Source: Eledone cirrhosa (lineage: Eukaryota). Taken from it: DNA of 64,000 bases. A model generated the notes under the pieces. It saw only the letters and a list, made by a program, of their open reading frames with translations, did not search any database and was not told the DNA's origin. The position numbers and the translations under genes were made by a program. Positions within the stretch are counted from its first letter, which is position 1, and each line of letters begins with the position of its first letter. This document shows positions 59,401-64,000 of this stretch, one piece after another. The stretch is from the NCBI GenBank assembly GCA_964016885.1, contig OZ024745.1, positions 91,822,001 through 91,886,000 of the forward strand. The letters are read 5' to 3'.

Positions 59401-62400
59401 TTATATTACTCTGCCTGAGTATCAAACAGCTCCACTAGATAAACTAAGTTATATTACTCTGCCTGAGTATCAAACAGCTCCACTAAATACAGTAAGTTAT
59501 ATTACTCTGTATGCGTATCAAACAGCTCCACTAGATACAGTAAGTTATATTACTCTGCCTGAGTATCAAACAGCTCCACTAGATACAGTAAGTTATATTA
59601 CTCTGCTTGAGTATCAAACAGCTCCACTAGATACAGTAGGTTATATTACTCTGCCTGAGTATCAAACAGCTCCCCTAGATACAGTAAGTTATATTACTCT
59701 GCCTGAGTATCAAACAGCTCCACTAGATACAGTAAGTTATATTATTCTGTCTGAGTATCAAACAGCTCCACTAGATACAGTAAGTTATATTACTCTGCTT
59801 GAGTATCAAACAGCTCCACTAGATACAGTAAGTTATATTACTCTGCCTGAGTATCAAACAGCTCCACTAGATACAGTAAGTTATATTACTCTGCCTGAGT
59901 ATCAAACAGCTCCACTAGATACAGTAAGTTATATTACTCTGTCTGAGTATAAAACAGCTCCACTAGATACAGTAAGTTATATTACTCTGCCTGAGTATCA
60001 AACAGCTCCACTAGATACAGTAAGTTATATTACTCTGCTTGAGTATCAAACAGCTCCACTAGATACAGTAAGTTATATTACTCTGCCTGAGTATCAAACA
60101 GCTCCACTAGATACAGTAAGTTATATTACTCTGCCTGAGTATCAAACAGCTCCACTAGATAAAGTAAGTTATATTACTCTGCCTGAGTATCAAACAGCTC
60201 CACTAGATAAAGTAAGTTATATTACTCTGCCTGAGTATCAAACAGCTCCACTAGATACAGTAAGTTATATTACTCTGCCTGAGTATCAAACAGCTCCACT
60301 AGATACAGTAAGTTATATTACTCTGTCTGATTATCAAACAGCTCCACTAGATACAGTAAGTTATATTACTCTGCCTGAGTATCAAACAGCTCTCCCAGAT
60401 ACAGTAAGTTATATTACTCTGCCTGAGTATCAAACAGCTCCACTAGATACAGTAAGTTATATTATTCTGTCTGAGTATCAAACAGCTCCACTAGATACAG
60501 TAAGTTATATTACTCTGTCTGAGTATAAAACAGCTCCACTAGATACAGTAAGTTATATTACTCTGCCTGAGTATCAAACAGCTCCACTAGATACAGTAAG
60601 TTATATTACTCTGCCTGAGTATCAAACAGCTCCACTAGATACAGTAAGTTATATTACTCTGCCTGAGTATCAAACAGCTCCACTAGATACAGTAAGTTAT
60701 ATTACTCTGCCTGAGTATCAAACAGCTCCACTAGATACAGTAAGTTATATTACTCTGCCTGAGTATCAAGCAGCTCCACTAGATACAGTAAGTTATATTA
60801 CTCTGTCTGAGTATCAAACAGCTCCACTAGATACAGTAAGTTTTATTACTCTGCCTGAGTATCAAACAGCTCCACCAGATACAGTAAGTTATATTACTCT
60901 GCCTGAATATCAAACAGCTCCACTAGAGACAGTAAGTTATATTACTCTGTCTGAGTATCAAACAGCTCCACTAGATACAGTAAGTTATATTACTCTGTCT
61001 GAGTATCAAACAGCTCCACTAGATACTGTAAGTTATATTACTCTGTCTGCATATCAAACAGCTCCACTATATACAGTAAGTTATATTACTCTGTCTGAGT
61101 ATCAAACAGCTCCACTAGATACAGTAAGTTATATTACTCTGTCTGAGTATCAAACAGCTCCACTAGATACAGTAAGTTATATTACTCTGCCTGAGTATCA
61201 AACAGCTCCACTAGATAAACTAAGTTATATTACTTTGCCTGAGTATCAAACAGCTCCACTAGATACAGTAAGTTATATTACTCTGTCTGAGTATCAAACA
61301 GCTCCACTAGATACAGTAAGTTATATTACTCTGCCTGAGTATCAAACAGCTCCACTTGATACAGTAAGTTATATTACTCTGTCTGATTATCAAACAGCTC
61401 CACTAGATACAGTAAGTTATATTACTCTGTCTGAGTATCAAACAGCTCCACTAGATACAGTAAGTTATATTACTCTGCCTGAGTATCAAACAGCTCCACT
61501 AGATACAGTAAGTTATATTACTCTGTCTGAGTATCAAACAGCTCCACTAAATACAGTAAGTTATATTACTCTGTCTGCGTATCAAACAGCTCCACTAGAT
61601 ACAGTAAGTTATATTACTCTGCCTGAGTATCAAACAGCTCCACTAGATACAGTAAGTTATATTATTCTGTCTGAGTATCAAACAACTCCACTAGATACAG
61701 TAAGTTATATTACTCTGTCTGAGTATCAAACAGCTCCACTAGATACAGTAAGTTATATTACTCTGCCTCAGTATCAAACAGCTCCACTAGATACAGTAAG
61801 TTATATTACTCAGCCTGAGTATCAAACAGCTCCACTAGATACAGTAAGTTATATTACTCTGTCTGAGTATCAAACAGCTCCACTATATACAGTAGGTTAT
61901 ATTACTCTGCCTGAGTATCAAACAGCTCCCCTAGATACAGTAGGTTATATTACTCTGTCTGAGTATCAAACAGCTCCACTAGATACAGTAAGTTATATTA
62001 CTCTGCCTGAGTATCAACCAGCTCCAATAGATACAGTAAGTTATATTACTCTGCCTGAGTATCAAACAGCTCCACTAGATACAGTAAGTTATATTACTCT
62101 GCCTGAGTATCAAGCAGCTCCACTAGATACAGTAAGTTATATTACTCTGTCTGAGTATCAAACAGCTCCACTAGATACAGTAAGTTTTATTACTCTGCCT
62201 GAGTATCAAACACCTCCACTAGATACAGTAAGTTATATTATTCTGTCTGAGTATCAAACAGCTCCACTAGATAAAGTAAGTTATATTACTCTGCCTGAGT
62301 ATCAAACAGCTCCACTAGATAAAGTAAGTTATATTACTCTGCCTCAGTATCAAACAGCTCCACTAGATACAGTAAGTTATATTACTCAGCCTGAGTATCA

Positions 62401-64000
62401 AACAGCTCCACTAGATACTGGAAGTTATATTACTCTGTCTGCGTATCAAACAGCTCCACTAGATACAGTAAGTTATATTACTCTGCCTGAGTATCAAACA
62501 GCTCCACTAGATACAGTAAGTTATATTACTCTGCTTGAGTATCAAACAGCTCCACTAGATACAGTAGGTTATATTACTCTGCCTGAGTATCAAACAGCTC
62601 CCCTAGATACAGTAGGTTATATTACTCTGTCTGAGTATCAAACAGCTCCACTAGATACAGTAAGTTATATTACTCTGCCTGAGTATCAAACAGCTCCACT
62701 AGATACAGTAAGTTATATTACTCTGCCTGAGTATCAAACAGCTCCACTAGATATAGTAAGTTATATTACTCTGCCTGAGTATCAAGCAGCTCCACTAGAT
62801 ACAGTAAGTTATATTACTCTGTCTGAGTATCAAACAGCTCCACTAGATACAGTAAGTTATATTCCTCTGCCTGAGTATCAAACAGCTCCCCTAGATACAG
62901 TAAGTTATATTACTCTGTCTGAGTATCAAACAGCTCCACTAGATACAGTAAGTTATATTACTCTGCCTGAGTATCAAACAGCTCCACTAGATAAAGTAAG
63001 TTATATTACTCTGCCTGAGTATCAAACAGCTCCACTAGATAAAGTAAGTTATATTACTCTGCCTGAGTATCAAACAGCTCCACTAGATACAGTAAGTTAT
63101 ATTACTCTGTCTGCGTATCAAACAGCTCCACTAGATACAGTAAGTTATATTACTCTGCCTGAGTATCAAACAGCTCCACTAGATAAAGTAAGTTATATTA
63201 CTCTGCCTGAGTATCAAACAGCTCCACTAGATAAAGTAAGTTATATTACTCTGCCTGAGTATCAAACAGCTCCACTAGATACAGTAAGTTATATTACTCT
63301 GCCTGAGTATCAAACAGCTCCACTAGATACAGTAAGTTATATTACTCTGTCTGATTATCAAACAGCTCCACTAGATACAGTAAGTTATATTACTCTGCCT
63401 GAGTATCAAACAGCTCTCCCAGATACAGTAAGTTATATTACTCTGCCTGAGTATCAAACAGCTCTCCCAGATACAGTAAGTTATATTACTCTGCCTGAGT
63501 ATCAAACAGCTCCACTAGATAAAGTAAGTTATATTACTCTGCCTGAGTATCAAACAGCTCCACTAGATAAAGTAAGTTATATTACTCTGCCTGAGTATCA
63601 AACAGCTCCACTAGATACTGTAAGTTATATTACTCTGTCTGCGTATCAAACAGCTCCACTAGATACAGTAAGTTATATTACTCTGCCTGAGTATCAAACA
63701 GCTCCACTAGATAAAGTAAGTTATATTACTCTGCCTGAGTATCAAACAGCTCCACTAGATAAAGTAAGTTATATTACTCTGCCTGAGTATCAAACAGCTC
63801 CACTAGATACAGTAAGTTATATTACTCTGCCTGAGTATCAAACAGCTCCACTAGATACAGTAAGTTATATTACTCTGTCTGATTATCAAACAGCTCCACT
63901 AGATACAGTAAGTTATATTACTCTGCCTGAGTATCAAACAGCTCTCCCAGATACAGTAAGTTATATTACTCTGCCTGAGTATCAAACAGCTCCACTAGAT

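Larger units (their letters stand above)
1..64000. repeat. Tandem satellite array, 48-bp monomer, ~1333 copies, truncated by both window edges
   Basis: The monomer AACAGCTCCACTAGATACAGTAAGTTATATTACTCTGYCTGAGTATCA repeats from base 1. The 60-nt lines recur every 240 bp (5 monomers) from 1 to 63841, so the register is unbroken. Most copies differ from consensus by 0-2 substitutions. Monomer position 38 is C or T at roughly comparable frequency. Confidence 0.99.
13901..64000. repeat. Satellite variant domain B with irregular higher-order repeats
   Basis: Characteristic variants first appear after ~14.0 kb and recur in conserved order: CTAAATAC (~14078), GATAAACTA (~14178), CTTGATAC (14317), CTGATTAT, CCTCAG, GTAGGTT, GTTTTATT, GATAAAG, TATTATTCT. 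Confidence 0.85.
37922..64000 (+). other. Stop-free reading frame (+2) of the repeat, (TAPLDTVSYITL[P/S]EYQ)n, ~8693 codons; not called as a gene
   Basis: Consensus frame +2 is ACA GCT CCA CTA GAT ACA GTA AGT TAT ATT ACT CTG YCT GAG TAT CAA. The last in-frame stop I saw is TAA at 37919-37921. I saw no in-frame ATG. The confidence value reflects the chance that the frame is really translated, not that it is open. Confidence 0.1.

Noticed and set aside
1-64000. CRISPR array
   Set aside because: There are no unique spacers. The whole 48-bp unit is repeated, and no cas genes or leader are present.
1-64000. Coding potential in frames +1, +3 and on the minus strand
   Set aside because: Each has a stop in the consensus monomer: +1 TGA, +3 TAG, and minus-strand TGA, TAA and TAG.
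1-64000. Assignment to a named satellite family, centromere or telomere
   Set aside because: I do not recognise the monomer. It has no telomeric G-rich unit or evident CENP-B box. Assignment needs a Dfam/Repbase/BLAST search and chromatin data.
1-64000. C/T pattern at monomer position 38 as an information-bearing code
   Set aside because: The pattern is copied along with neighbouring variants in the block duplications, so duplication history explains it.
1-64000. Embedded transposon, inversion, tRNA, rRNA or small-RNA gene repeat
   Set aside because: I saw no non-repeat sequence and no strand switch. The monomer has no cloverleaf, no clear Pol III A/B boxes and no recognisable RNA-gene similarity.

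Overview
The whole 64 kb window is one head-to-tail tandem array of a 48-bp monomer, consensus AACAGCTCCACTAGATACAGTAAGTTATATTACTCTG(C/T)CTGAGTATCA. It holds about 1333.3 copies at 35-38% GC, with no CpG in the consensus. The array runs off both ends and never changes orientation. I saw no unique sequence, no insertions and no sub-monomer indels. It looks like eukaryotic satellite or very long minisatellite DNA, but I cannot assign the family or organism. I found no recognisable genes, RNA genes, mobile elements or CRISPR spacers. The internal structure has four parts. (1) There are two variant domains with a boundary near 13.9 kb. (2) There are nested higher-order duplications in whole-monomer steps (11-, 12-, 20-, 28-, 30-, 65-, 74-, 75-, 82-, 130-, 158- and 263-mer offsets). 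(3) Exactly one of six frames (+2) is open in the consensus and reads TAPLDTVSYITL(P/S)EYQ; it has many stops in the first 38 kb and none that I could see from 37922 to 64000. (4) The monomer contains two quasi-palindromes that several variants improve. I see no convincing evidence for a new biological system. The findings below are mostly about array evolution, and all were read by eye.
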